DNA of 21,912 nt from Ginkgo biloba (taxonomy: Eukaryota > Plantae > Ginkgophyta), in assembly GCA_024626585.2 (NCBI GenBank), contig JANKJI020000004.1, forward strand, positions 59,561,350 through 59,583,261, in the 5' to 3' direction. This document shows, in pieces, positions 9,547 to 21,299 of the stretch (the first letter of the stretch is position 1; every line of letters begins with the position of its first letter). Under the pieces are notes generated by a model. That model searched no databases, was not told the origin of the DNA, and saw only the letters and a program-made list of their open reading frames with translations. Position numbers and translations under genes: made by a program.

Positions 9547-12500
9547 AAGAGGATTATGCTCTAGAGGATTACATAGAGTATGTGGATTAAATAACTAAAT
9601 AATGTCGAAAGCATGGACATGGAGAGTCTAATTTGAAAATAGTATTTTTTGTAGGTATGAATCCAGATGTATGTATATGATTGTAATTATTATTTGTCAA
9701 ATAAGTATCAATAATTTCTCTTCTAAAATCAAATAATTATAGATAAAATAATNNNNNNNNNNNNNNNNNNNNNNNNNNNNNATTAAAAATAGAAGGAAAT
9801 AAAAAGACAGATATTTATGTTTCCACCTATCAATCTTAACAATATTGGAGCCATATATAAGGGTGTTAGTAAGGAAGAATTAAGAAACTTTTTGGTAGAT
9901 TTAAACTATGAAATACTTATGTATATTTTATCCTTATTGGACAATATGGAATTGAATAATAAGAAACCATTTTGATCCATGAATATGCCNNNNNNNNNNN
10001 NNNNNNNNNNNNNNNNNACATCCAATAACTAAATATTTAGTTAATATGATATAATTCCAATATGGAATCTATGAAGAGATTCATGATAACATATTTTTTC
10101 TCTACTAAGGTATTTAAAATATATACTTAAAGGAAGATAAAATACCTTTTCACATTTATGTTTCACTCAAATGTATAAAAGCAGTGGAAGATGAAATAAA
10201 ATTTTTAGGGAAGGATCATATTTAAATATAGTATTTCATTAACACAATCCTAAATAATCCCAAAGTATGTATTGATAAATCAATAAGGAATGATTAATTT
10301 TCCATTATATCTATAGAGTAATTCTATTGATTAGCCACATTATAGAAACCCATGCCAACTTAGTTTTATCCTCAACATCCTAGATCAAAAAATAGTGCCA
10401 CTATGAATACTTATGGACCTTATTTTTTTAGTATGATCAATATATGGATATGTAATAGGCACTTTTATAATACCCCTATCCATTTTATTTAACTTTATTA
10501 GGAGGGAAAAATATCATGCCCACCTAATATGTTGATGCCCAAATTATGAATAAGCCCCCACCATTATGATCAAGTTGTACCAAATATGATAAGTAATATC
10601 AAATATTAATATAAAACATAAGATATATATGTTAACCAAGTATATAATTGGAAAAATAACTTATGACATGATATTCTAACTCAATAATTATAAACTTTAT
10701 AATTATAATGGTGTGACTCTCATGTTTAGGAAANNNNNNNNNNNNNNNNNNNNNNNNNNNNNNNNNNNNNNNNNNNNNNNNNNNNNNNNNNNNNNNNNNN
10801 NNNNNNNNNNNNNNNNNNNNNNNNNNNNNNNNNTTATAATTATAATGGTGTGACTCTCATTTTTAGGAAATTATTAGAATATCCTTCTCCCCTATGAATT
10901 CAAATAAAAGTAGTGTAAACATTAAATAACATAAAAAAAATTAATATATAAAGGAGGAATAAACTAAACCTACATCACCTAAGGAGTATAATTCAATAAT
11001 ACCTTTTCATCAATTATTGAATAAGTTTGAGGAATACAAATAGGAGTACCATTTCAACTTCATAGAAAAACTTAATAATATTTTTTTGTGTATTCCATTA
11101 TACTAGGAATTAAAATACACCTCCACTTATGCACAATAAGTACATGAACTATGTACTCAAAAAATATAGAAGTAGAAAGATACAAATAGAATAAAAGTGA
11201 TAGGAGAAAATTTGATGTATTTTTGGGAAGAGAACTTATATGAAAATATAGTGACCTAGGAACACCTTTATTTGATATATAAATAAACACCACTATAATT
11301 CCAAAAGTATATTCAAACTTTAAAAAACCTACATTATCTTACAAGTGTTTAATATATCCACAATATAGTTGGAGGGGATATTGGATGATGTACTCTTTTT
11401 TGTTTTAAATTCGGAAGATACACTATATATTATTATTATTCAACCAAAAAAGAACTGGTAAGGGTATCCTATCATTTTGGATAAACCATGGCTATCCACA
11501 AAATACATGGTGATTGCATGTTATATTAATAAAATGGTTANNNNNNNNNNNNNNNNNNNNNNNNNNNNNNNNNNNNNNNNNNNNNNNNNNNNNNNNNNNN
11601 NNNNNNNNNNNNNNNNNNNNNNNNNNNNNNNNNNNNAGGATGAATTGGATGAAGATACTAAGAAATATTATTTTTTGACTTTAAATTAGTATATAAAATA
11701 TGAAGAATATACTTATCAAGTAATAGTAATAAAGGTCATCAAGCCCCTCGAATTGAGAGATGAATATGAAGATTTGTCTTAAATATTATATGATGAACAT
11801 TTGGATCCATCCCAGGATATTATTTAATATTTATAAAAAAGATACAAAGTTTTAATTCCATGTACCTAATTGATCATTAAAACCTTAGACTTGGGTGAGA
11901 ATAAAACCCTCCTTATCGTGTAGAATTTGACACCTAAAAAAAGGGATCAAGTGTATTATATGATGATAACATATCAAGGAGTGTTCTCTTAGAGTCATAT
12001 AGAATTAAAATTAATTGNNNNNNNNNNNNNNNNNNNNNNNNNNNNNNNNNNNNNNNNNNNNNNNNNNNNNNNNNNNNNNNNNNNNNNNNNNNNNNNNNNN
12101 NNNNNNNNNNNNNNNNNNNNNNNNNNNNNNNNNNNNNNNNNNNNNNNNNNNNNNNNNNNNNNNNNNNNNNNNNNNNNNNNNNNNNNNNNNNNNNNNNNNN
12201 NNNNNNNNNNNNNNNNNNNNNNNNNNNNNNNNNNNNNNNNNNNNNNNNNNNNNNNNNNNNNNNNNNNNNNNNNNNNNNNNNNNNNNNNNNNNNNNNNNNN
12301 NNNNNNNNNNNNNNNNNNNNNNNNNNNNNNNNNNNNNNNNNNNNNNNNNNNNNNNNNNNNATAAATGACTCCATAGCATCATGAAAAACAACATTAACAT
12401 GCTCTTGGGGTATTTTTTCTTATCAGGTCCTTCCTTTTAGGTTATAAATTGCCACAACCAGTTTTCAAAGGGAAGTAATTAGTATTTTTGGCGAACATAT

Positions 12501-12585
12501 AAATGCGATCATAGAATTTAATATGATTGAATTTTATATATGTGGATATTCATTCCAATCAGAATTTGATTGGATAGAAATTGCA
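9547..12585 (+). mobile_element. Element C: Athila-like gypsy gag-PR-RT remnant
   Basis: gag-like GVSKEELRNFL (9862) and decayed knuckles; IPLY*ELK...YA; KYSDLGTP (11244); LEGILDDV; GYPIILDKPWL (11462); GVFS*SH; KTTLTCSWGIFSYQVLPFRL..A.TSFQR..SIF; YMDD decayed to NMIE (12520-12531). Confidence 0.85.
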
Positions 12586-12589
12586 TCAC

Positions 12590-12990
12590 TTATTGACGCC
12601 TCATTTCATTATTCTAAGAGAGAAAATTTGTTCATCCAAAAGGCACAAGTAAAATATAGGTTGATATTTATCATATTAAATAATGGTTGCATGAGGAATT
12701 TGGTTTCTTAAATATTAGTTTATAAAATTAAAATTCCCACAACACTAGATCTAACATAATATGATCTAGAGTGGGTTNNNNNNNNNNGCACCATATTTAG
12801 TACAATTGAGTACTCAACACCCTTATATTTTGTATCAACTCTTTCATTAATGAGTTCATATGTAATATGGCATGGATGGATTGTTGTGATATTATCCGAG
12901 GCCTACTACTATGACTATAATACTAGTTATAATAATAATTCAAATATGTATCAACTTAAGAAAAATTATAAAATCTATATATTCCCTTTA
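12590..12990 (+). pseudogene. pol: CRM/chromovirus-like aspartic protease remnant
   Basis: KRENLF (12616)...IILNNGCMRNLVS*ILV.K.KIPTT...Y.LEWV, then FINEFICNMAWMDCCDII.G and N.YQLKKNYKIY. This resembles the CRM pattern R.NLF...IID.GS..NL.S...Y...W...DEV.CDV.PMD.C.ILLG. Confidence 0.7.
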
Positions 12991-14164
12991 ACTATACGTA
13001 GACATGATTTGGTGACTACAAAGTGAACCAAATATTACTAATATAGTGAGACAATTCACAGTGCCATTTGTAAGGTCTCAACTTCAACTAATGGATTGCA
13101 TATTTATAGTATAGTTCATATAGTTATAGGACATAAAGGTGTACATCATGTGGAAATATAATTATTATTTTGATCCCTAAGGTATTCATTACAATAATAG
13201 GTCAATAATAATATTAAGTCTATGATAAGTGCTAATGCACTTGATTATATTTTATTTTACAAATATTAGTCCCATCAAGATGCATTTGATCAGTTAATAT
13301 ACACCCCTTGTCCCACATCAATACTATCACTTTTAGATGTTAATTTTTTATTTATACTTAAGATATATATCTCATATTTATTCATGGACATAGTTCCTAA
13401 GAAGGGATATTTACCATTCTATTACATTGCACTACACTATTTTCCATGGATACACATGAAGTCACTTCATGATTTCCTCTTGTAAGATGCTTTAATAACT
13501 AGGTTAGATAGTGTAGGGTTCTTACAATACATAAATATACTAAGAGATACATTCATCCTTATTTAGTGGATACTTTAATACAAGGCATTGGTTCATATAC
13601 AATGACACCTTTCTTGGTTTAGCATGAAAAAATAGATAAGAGATACATCAAAGAGTATCCTCCTTGGACTCATTTTTGGTTAGGTAGTAGCATTATTATN
13701 NNNNNNNNNNNNNNNNNNNNNNNNNNNNNNNNNNNNNNNNNNNNNNNNNNNNNNNNNNNNNNNNNNNNNNNNNNNNNNNNNNNNNNNNNNNNNNNNNNNN
13801 NNNNNNNNNNNNNNNNNNNNNNNNNNNNNNNNNNNNNNNNNNNNNNNNNNNNNNNNNNNNNNNNNNNNNNNNNNNNNNNNNNNNNNNNNNNNNNNNNNNN
13901 NNNNNNNNNNNNNNNNNNNNNNNNNNNNNNNNNNNNNNNNNNNNNNNNNNNNNNNNNNNNNNNNNNNNNNNNNNNNNNNNNNNNNNNNNNNNNNNNNNNN
14001 NNNNNNNNNNNNNNNNNNNNNNNNNNNNNNNNNNNNNNNNNNNNNNNNNNNNNNNNNNNNNNNNNNNNNNNNNNNNNNNNNNNNNNNNNNNNNNNNNNNN
14101 NNNNNNNNNNNNNNNNNNNNNNNNNNNNNNNNNNNNNNNNNNNNNNNNNNNNNNNNNNNNNNNN

Positions 14165-14483
14165 TGTCTATGTTGGTTCAATATGAATGATGTTTTGATA
14201 CTCATGATTATGCTTGAATAATAGATGAATGAAATCTTTTATTACTATGGACTCTGATGGTTAGCATAAGATTTATTTATTCTATTGCTTTTATATCATG
14301 AGATGGATAAACTAACCTAGTTAGCTTTGGAAGAGAGACCAGGGTGTTACACACACAAGGTCATGTCATCTGCATGGGGTTGGTTGGCCAGAAGATAAGT
14401 TCACTAACAACCATGATATGCGATTGGATGTCATTGCCCTTTCCAAATCAAATAGTGCTCTCACATTGGTTGGTGGTGTTACA
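14165..14483 (+). repeat. Two stacked candidate LTR 3' termini
   Basis: GGGTGTTACA ends at 14351 and GGTGTTACA ends at 14483. Neither is followed by a PBS. Confidence 0.4.
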
Positions 14484-16037
14484 AAAAAGTGTATGAAAGC
14501 AATTATGGAAGAAGAGAAGGAATATTTAATCCATAATTGGTAGTATTACCCTAAATTATACTTCAATCAATATCACATTCTTAGTTAAAGCATTTTTTGA
14601 GGTTTTATTGAACCATTTCTACATGTGAGTAAATATAATCCTGGTACTAGGTTTTCATCCCTTCAAGTTAATTATAGTAGTAAGGAAGAACAAATATTCT
14701 AAAATTCAAGTATCATTTTTCCTTAAAATATGTCATTACTTTCCTCATTTCTCACTTAAATTTTTTCTTACCAATTATCTACAAAAATTATATGACCTAC
14801 AAATAATTTATCCAGTCCTATCAATAAGAGACAACATTGTAAGACTATAGGCCCCCTCGCATGCTTCATAGATGTCTTATCAACTCAATATTATAAGAAA
14901 CCCATTAGAATATTTTTAATGTTTTAACCATGGATTTACTATTGTGACATAAATAGGGTTAACATATATAGTGAGAAAGAACCCATAAAAGATCTTACTT
15001 TAGGTTCATAACCATACTCATATCCTCTTTTTTAATCCTTATCTCCCATGAAATAATGGTTCACTTTATTTATGAACACTATAGAACCTATTTTAGATAA
15101 AATTTTGGATATGGATTTATAAAATACATTATTTTTACCTCACTACCCTTATTTAAAATAGTTAAGAGAGCTACAACCCCTCTCTTTTTGACCTAGAATT
15201 GGACTTTAGGGGATTCTTTATCTAACCAAAATATTTTTTTATCTAGTGCCACTAACTAAGAATCATAAGTTTTTGGAACTTTATATTCCTATGAAATTTC
15301 CCATAATACCCCATCTACATCATAAGTGGTAACTCCTTATTAACTACTACCTAAATTATTATTGTCCAAACCACATATGTCCTCCTAGATGTTCCTAACT
15401 CAATCCTAAAGGGACCTAATTAGAAATGAAATCTTAAAGTTCTCAAACTATTTATTATATTTCCATATTACAAGTAACTTTACAAAGGACTCAATATCCT
15501 TCCATAGGGTGTCTTGATGTTTCCTCTATATTACCATCCAATCCTCAAATTCTAAAGGTTCACCTCAAGATTATATTCAATTTTAGTTTTTCGTTGACCT
15601 AGTGTAAGAAACACCTAGATCTTACTAAGTGGAAAATATGCTAATATTTTGTCCCAACTATCCCAAATCCAAGTTAGAATTACACAATAACTTCCTTAAA
15701 ATCTATCATGATAACAATAAAGAATCATGCCTAAAATATTATCTATTAATCTAATCTTTTATGTCCTTTCATAACGGAATTTATCTCAAAGTTTATTACC
15801 CATATCCATTAAACCATATAACTCAAAATCATCTTATTTTGGAAATAAGACATTTAGATCCTTTAATATTTTCCAAAACATNNNNNNNNNNNNNNNNNNN
15901 NNNNNNNNNNNNNNNNNNNNNNNNNNNNNNNNNNNNNNNNNNNNNNNNNNNNNNNNNNNNNNNNNNNNNNNNNNNNNNNNNNNNNNNNNNNNNNNNNNNN
16001 NNNNNNNNNNNNNNNNNNNNNNNNNNNNNNNNNATTT

Positions 16038-16325
16038 ATGAATGAACCTAAGTTACATGTGAAATATAAAATAATATGTTATGGAAACCCTTTTAATTTT
16101 AAAGTGAATCAAACCTTTACCAATCTATTTATAAATCCATGCATTATCTATGGGAATTTTGCACTTAATTCCTTTGGGAATTTACCCACTAACAATCCTT
16201 ATGGGAACATTATGACTCTTTCCAATCCTTACTTTAACATGAAAACAAATCAATATAAAAATCTATCCTATAACCCTTTTGGTGATGTTCTTAATTCATG
16301 TGTATATCAACCTTCCTCAATATAA
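16038..16325 (+). other. Asn/Pro-rich ORF with degenerate NP(F/Y)GN repeats, possibly a low-complexity gag N-terminal region
   Basis: YGNPF, IYGNF, NSFGNL, NPYGNI, NPYFNM, NQYKNL and NPFGDV occur in one open frame. Confidence 0.4.
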
Positions 16326-16626
16326 TAAGGAACCTATTTAGATTAATTATAGGGAATGGATACTTCCTCATCTATTTATTTAACCAATGATCCTAAAGTA
16401 GGACTATTAAATCCCAAATGGAGGACCTATAGATGAAAAAACTATCCACACCTATCCACATCATCTTCTATTTTTCCAAGCTCCTTTTGAACAAAATTTT
16501 ACCATGAATTCCTTAAATAACTTCTTTATTTTTCCAACAAAATCTCATCAAGAATCTTTATTCCTTTGTCCAACAAAATATTAAGATGGAATCTTCAAGT
16601 GGATTCTTCTAGGATTCTAAACACAT

Positions 16627-16638
16627 GCTATGATACCA
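16627..16638 (-). promoter_or_regulatory. Primer binding site (tRNA-iMet)
   Basis: The - strand reads TGGTATCATAGC (11/12 to canonical TGGTATCAGAGC), 2 nt after the LTR end ...CTTCA. Confidence 0.8.
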
Positions 16639-16640
16639 TA

Positions 16641-16903
16641 TGAAGTAAATTTAGAGAGAAATATGAGATTTTCATTAACTAAAATATCAAGATAATCAAG
16701 ATTCTCAATCAAACTAACATAGATCAATGGATCCTTTAAATATTGTTAAAATTCTAATCACCCTATAACCACCTAACACCTAATCACACATCTAATCAAC
16801 ATATTAAATTAATATATTCTAATTTTAATCCTTTAGTACATTTTACACTTATTACATTATATTTCAAATATATCCTAATGTTCTACTCTACTATTTTCTA
16901 ACA
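16641..16903 (-). repeat. 263-bp 5' LTR, copia-like
   Basis: The - strand runs TGTTAGAAAA...CTTCA with TG..CA ends, TATTTAAAGG about 95 nt and AATGAAA about 30 nt before the end, followed by the PBS. Confidence 0.7.
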
Positions 16904-18144
16904 TGGAATTAGTGGTGGAACGTTAGGTTGAGAATCCACTTAAATATTTATGGATGGTAATGTAAAAGAGGGTTTATAAACCTAAATCAATTGAATCATA
17001 GAGTGTAACTCTAAGTATCATGTCTATTACAACATAGGAGTATGTTTCTAGCTAAAAAAATAATTGGTAGATTTTTCAATCAACATCTAGTAGATACATC
17101 AAGAGGGAAAACTTGATTACCAATGTATTTTTCTAGGATTTCTAAATATTGTGGGAACCATGGAAATACTTACTAAAAAATCCTATAGATGATATGGATA
17201 TTTCATCTTAGACTCTAGATATTACCATAGATTATAGGGTTAAATAAATTCCATCTACTCTTATATGGATTTTGAGGGATAGTAAAACAATCTTGTAGTG
17301 AGTCATGTTGGATTGATTTCTTATACTTGTACTAATAATATGGTAAAGTATGTGGTATTAATTATATACTTAAATAAAAGGATTAATGGTAATGGTGGCA
17401 CTAGTTTTTAAGTGCAATACATATTCATTAAACAATTGTTACTATAATGTCATGTACATAAGTTTTAACAATTGAAGGCATTTTATACATTTACAAAGCA
17501 AAGAAAAAAAGTTGTAATTGCATGTTCACAATAATAAGTAAAAGTGAAATGGTAANNNNNNNNNNNNNNNNNNNNNNNNNNNNNNNNNNNNNNNNNNNNN
17601 NNNNNNNNNTGTTAGAAATGATTTCTACATGTATAATTGTATATTAATGCATACCTATGGTAATGGTTTTTTATAATAATAGTTTAATCTTGAATTCAAG
17701 AAATATTATGGCCCCTTAGTTCAACATTACTCCAATTGTTGTATTCTCTACAAATTTTAAAATTATAATTGCATAAAATGTAAACACACAAATTACCAAA
17801 AAATATGGTAAGAAATATTTAGAATTTATTATACCATTTTATTATGTAGGTGCATAACAACAATATCATGCTCTAATACATAATTCTATCNNNNNNNNNN
17901 NNNNNNNNNNNNNNNNNNNNNNNNNNNNNNNNNNNNNNNNNNNNNNNNNNNNNNNNNNNNNNNNNNNNNNNNNNNNNNNAATCCTTTATTTTTTACCTCT
18001 TAGGGAGTTTCTTTAGTTAATATCTCTATGTCTTCCACTACTCATTATCCAAGGTTTTATTATCTAATGAAATTATCAAGAGTGTCTATCTCAACTATAT
18101 TATATCTAATTCCTATCATGATTTCCCAGGGCTTATGTCTAGTT

Positions 18145-19250
18145 CCTTATATTCTAGTTCCACTCTCGACATATAATACTCTATAGGATCCAACCTATCA
18201 TTTTTATTATTTAATATCTACCTATATAGCCAATAGAATCACTAATTAAGATCATTGGTTAGGTTTATTACCTACCACTTTTGCCCATGACATTAGAGAC
18301 TACTATGATACTTTTTATCATTCATCAGTAAGGTCATGGATGACATCATAACCTTGCTAATTCCTTAGTTATTATGAGTTGATATAAGTTATCAAGCATT
18401 GATCGATCTCTTTGGGATACATTAAGTCATGGTGGAGTCTTATACGAATCAATTAAATTATTATCAATAGAAGTTTGGGACTTAGGTTAATTATTAGACA
18501 CTATTATCATATTTTGAGAATGGTATCAATGTTATCACCTCGTGGAATTTATTCTAGAGAAATCTATCTACATTATAAGAGGCCATCCAAGTCATATTCA
18601 CCTCTAAGGATGATTTAAATGTGGTTTATATCATATATCTAAGAGTTAGAAACCTAAATTCCCATGCCATACAACTATCTTGGGGAACTTAGCCTCTACT
18701 TAAATATGATCTAGTATATAATCCATAACTAATCAATGTGGCCTAGATAACACACCCATCTTGTATATGGGTCACTTAATCTTAAGTAGCATCACTACTA
18801 GTAGAAGTCTAGTTAAGAACTCATCCAATTAAGGGAGTGGGGACCTCAAATTAATTAATAACATCAATAATTGACTAGGTAACTTAGTTAATTAAGAATA
18901 TGATGACCTCTCAATAAGAGGTTTTAGATAAGATGTTTAATTTATTATGGTATTGGTAGTAATTAATGTAGTTACCTAATTATAGGGGTTATCACTCACT
19001 AAATAAATGTCCCATAAGGAATGAATATTAAAAAAAAAATCTATGCCTATGGTCATAGGGAANNNNNNNNNNNNNNNNNNNNNNNNNNNNNNNNNNNNNN
19101 NNNNNNNNNNNNNNNNNNNNNNNNNNNNNNNNNNNNNNNNNNNNNNNNNNNNNNNNNNNNNNTGGAGACATATTCAAGAAGCACAACAAATAAAATAAGA
19201 CATGTTGAAAGTTACCCAAATTGTCATTATAGGGGAATGCTGGAATAATG
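18145..19250 (+). pseudogene. gag: Element E: gag remnant with decayed zinc knuckles
   Basis: YNTL*DPTYHF......ANRITN*DHWLGLLPTTFAHDIRDYYDTFYHSSVRSW (Retrotrans_gag pattern); ALIDLFGIH*..ESY; knuckle-like NYRGYHSLNKCP (about 18980-19015) and YPNCHYRG...C (about 19213-19251). Confidence 0.6.
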
Positions 19251-19605
19251 CCAATTTGAGTTAGTAGTTGAGTTATATTTAATTAGAAAATATCATGCAT
19301 GTAATATTTAGTTAGTTATAGTTATTAGAATGAAATGTAAGACATGAAATATATGTAACAAGACATGCAAGTGACATGTAAAGAAAAGTAGAGTGCATGT
19401 AAGCACAAATTTAGGATAGAGATTTCTTTATCATTGAATCTTATTATAGGATAATGTAATGTAATCCATTGGTTATATATTGAAATTTGTATGAATAAGA
19501 AGGATAACTTTGAAAACCATTGTGTGAAATTCAAAATTCTAACAAAATATAGACATTAATATAATACAATTGGTGTACAAATTACATACAATTTTTCTCA
19601 CATAC

Positions 19606-19893
19606 ATGGATGAGGACTATTTAGTAGCATTGTTATAAATAGAATCTTGATAGTCCTAGTGATAACAATAGTCCAAGAAGAAGATAAATCACTGGTAGTT
19701 TAAAAATGATTAATTAGTATGGCAGTGGGATAAGAAAATTGCGAAACCCATAAGGAATTTTGACTCACTATGGATGGGCCCTTATTATATATATAAAGAT
19801 TTTAGTAATCTCTCTTTTCACTTGGTGACTCTATATGGTTGGTAGATTTTTCAACCATTTAAGGGGTAGATTCTAAATCATTATATCACATAA
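19606..19893 (+). pseudogene. pol: Gypsy integrase C-terminal GPY/F module, no chromodomain
   Basis: MDE...AL; FKND*LVWQWDKK..KP..FDSLWMGPY (WMGPY at 19771-19785); SFHLVTLYG...PFKG*ILNHY; terminal TAA at 19891-19893. Confidence 0.88.
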
Positions 19894-20459
19894 TGATGGT
19901 TGTGGATAGTATAGGTACGTTCCATATAAATATGTATATAAATAAGTAGGATAATAATCTCCATAAAGGTGATTATCTTGGTTTAATATTAATGGTGATT
20001 AACTTTACCTATAATAGTTATCCAGACTAACTATAAATTTACCATAGTTATCTTGACCTTATGATGATATCAATAAGAGAAAATGAAGTATTATTAGAAC
20101 TATTTAGAAACATGCCAAAACTCTTAGATTCTAATAAATATTATATACTAGGGAAATATAAAAGCATGGCATAACTACTATAAATAAAAATAGAGAAGAT
20201 AGGTAGCAACCCCCTAGCTCTATAAAATTTGGATAAGTAAGGTGATGAAGCACTAACTAGTGCATGAGAAGCTAAGTAATTTAAAGAAAAAATATATGCA
20301 AAGTAATAATGTATTTTGATGAAGCTCTTATAATCAATATAGGATTCATTCCTCAGGTCAATCCATCTCTTACTAGTCAACTAATTTTGAGTTAAAATTC
20401 ATCTCAAGGACCATCGGGAACTATTTCAAGTCTATTAAACATAAAGTGAACGTAGTTGG

Positions 20460-21062
20460 AAGAATTTGAACCTATATTATAATTTATTTCCCCTTGTTAA
20501 GACCACCATCTAATCATTCAAAGATACATATCCCCTTATTCAATCAAGTACTTCTCACTAGATAGGGTATTAGGGAATTTGAGTTATATTCTTTCCCTTC
20601 CTTAGTTGAGTCATTCAAGCTCTCCAAGGACTAATGAATCCTCTGATAATATTGTAATCCAATTGATGGAAGGAATTTATTCCCTTTTCTAGTTGATCAC
20701 TTATCATAGCATAAGTAATCATGTAATATAAGGTGTATTCCTTCTCTTCCCTAGTTGAGTTGCTCTGGATCACTATGGACCAAGGAATCCTTTCACAATA
20801 CAACCAACTAATTGGAAAAAATAGTGTATTATTATCCCTAATATAGTTCTTCCCATTAGCCAAGTAATTAAGGAATATAAGGTTTATTCATTTCCTTCCC
20901 TAGTTGAGTTTATTAGGTTCATTATAGACTAGGGAAGCCTTTAATATGATTTCTAGATAATCAACAAAAGGTATGTATTCACTTATATATTCAATCACTT
21001 CCTATTGGTTGAGAAATTATGGAATCTAAAGTATATTCCTTATATTACCTAGTTGAATTACT
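20460..21062 (+). repeat. Degenerate tandem array, 149-bp period, in the region 3' of integrase
   Basis: The anchor TAGTTGA(G/A) occurs at 20603, 20752, 20901 and 21050 (exact 149 spacing). Units align without gaps, and a shorter ~110-bp variant lies upstream. Confidence 0.9.
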
Positions 21063-21299
21063 ACTACCAAATAAGCATGAGGATGGACTCACTATTATAA
21101 AATAAATAGATAGGGATAGTGTCATGTCATCATGCCAAATTAGTTCTAAATTCATTAATGTTCTATCCATCTACCCCCATTAAGGCAACCAATGATTATG
21201 CCCATAGAAAGAGTGTCTTATCAAGTTCATAGTGATTAGCTATCCTCTTCGATAAATGTAAATATAATAATACTAGTAATTCATATGATCATTGTAAAT

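Noticed and set aside
10697-10870. 37-bp direct repeat (one mismatch) at 10697-10733 and 10834-10870
   Set aside because: It flanks an exactly 100-N gap, so it is most simply unmerged overlapping contig ends rather than a TSD or real duplication.
16904-16915. TGGAATTAGTGG after CTAACA as a + strand PBS
   Set aside because: Only 8/12 match to the iMet PBS. The - strand reading has a better PBS plus correctly placed TATA-like and polyA-like signals.
801-19248. ORFs consisting largely of X (e.g. 1249-1689, 11934-12400, 13696-14205, 15761-16045)
   Set aside because: They are artifacts of N runs, which contain no stop codons.
20615-20863. Minus-strand 82-aa ORF across the tandem array
   Set aside because: The 149-bp period is not a multiple of 3 and the peptide is not repetitive, so the array is unlikely to be coding.
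20572-21062. CRISPR-like look: palindromic ~40-bp cores at regular spacing
   Set aside because: The intervening segments are homologous to each other and about 110 bp long, the cores are divergent, no cas genes are present, and the context is eukaryotic.
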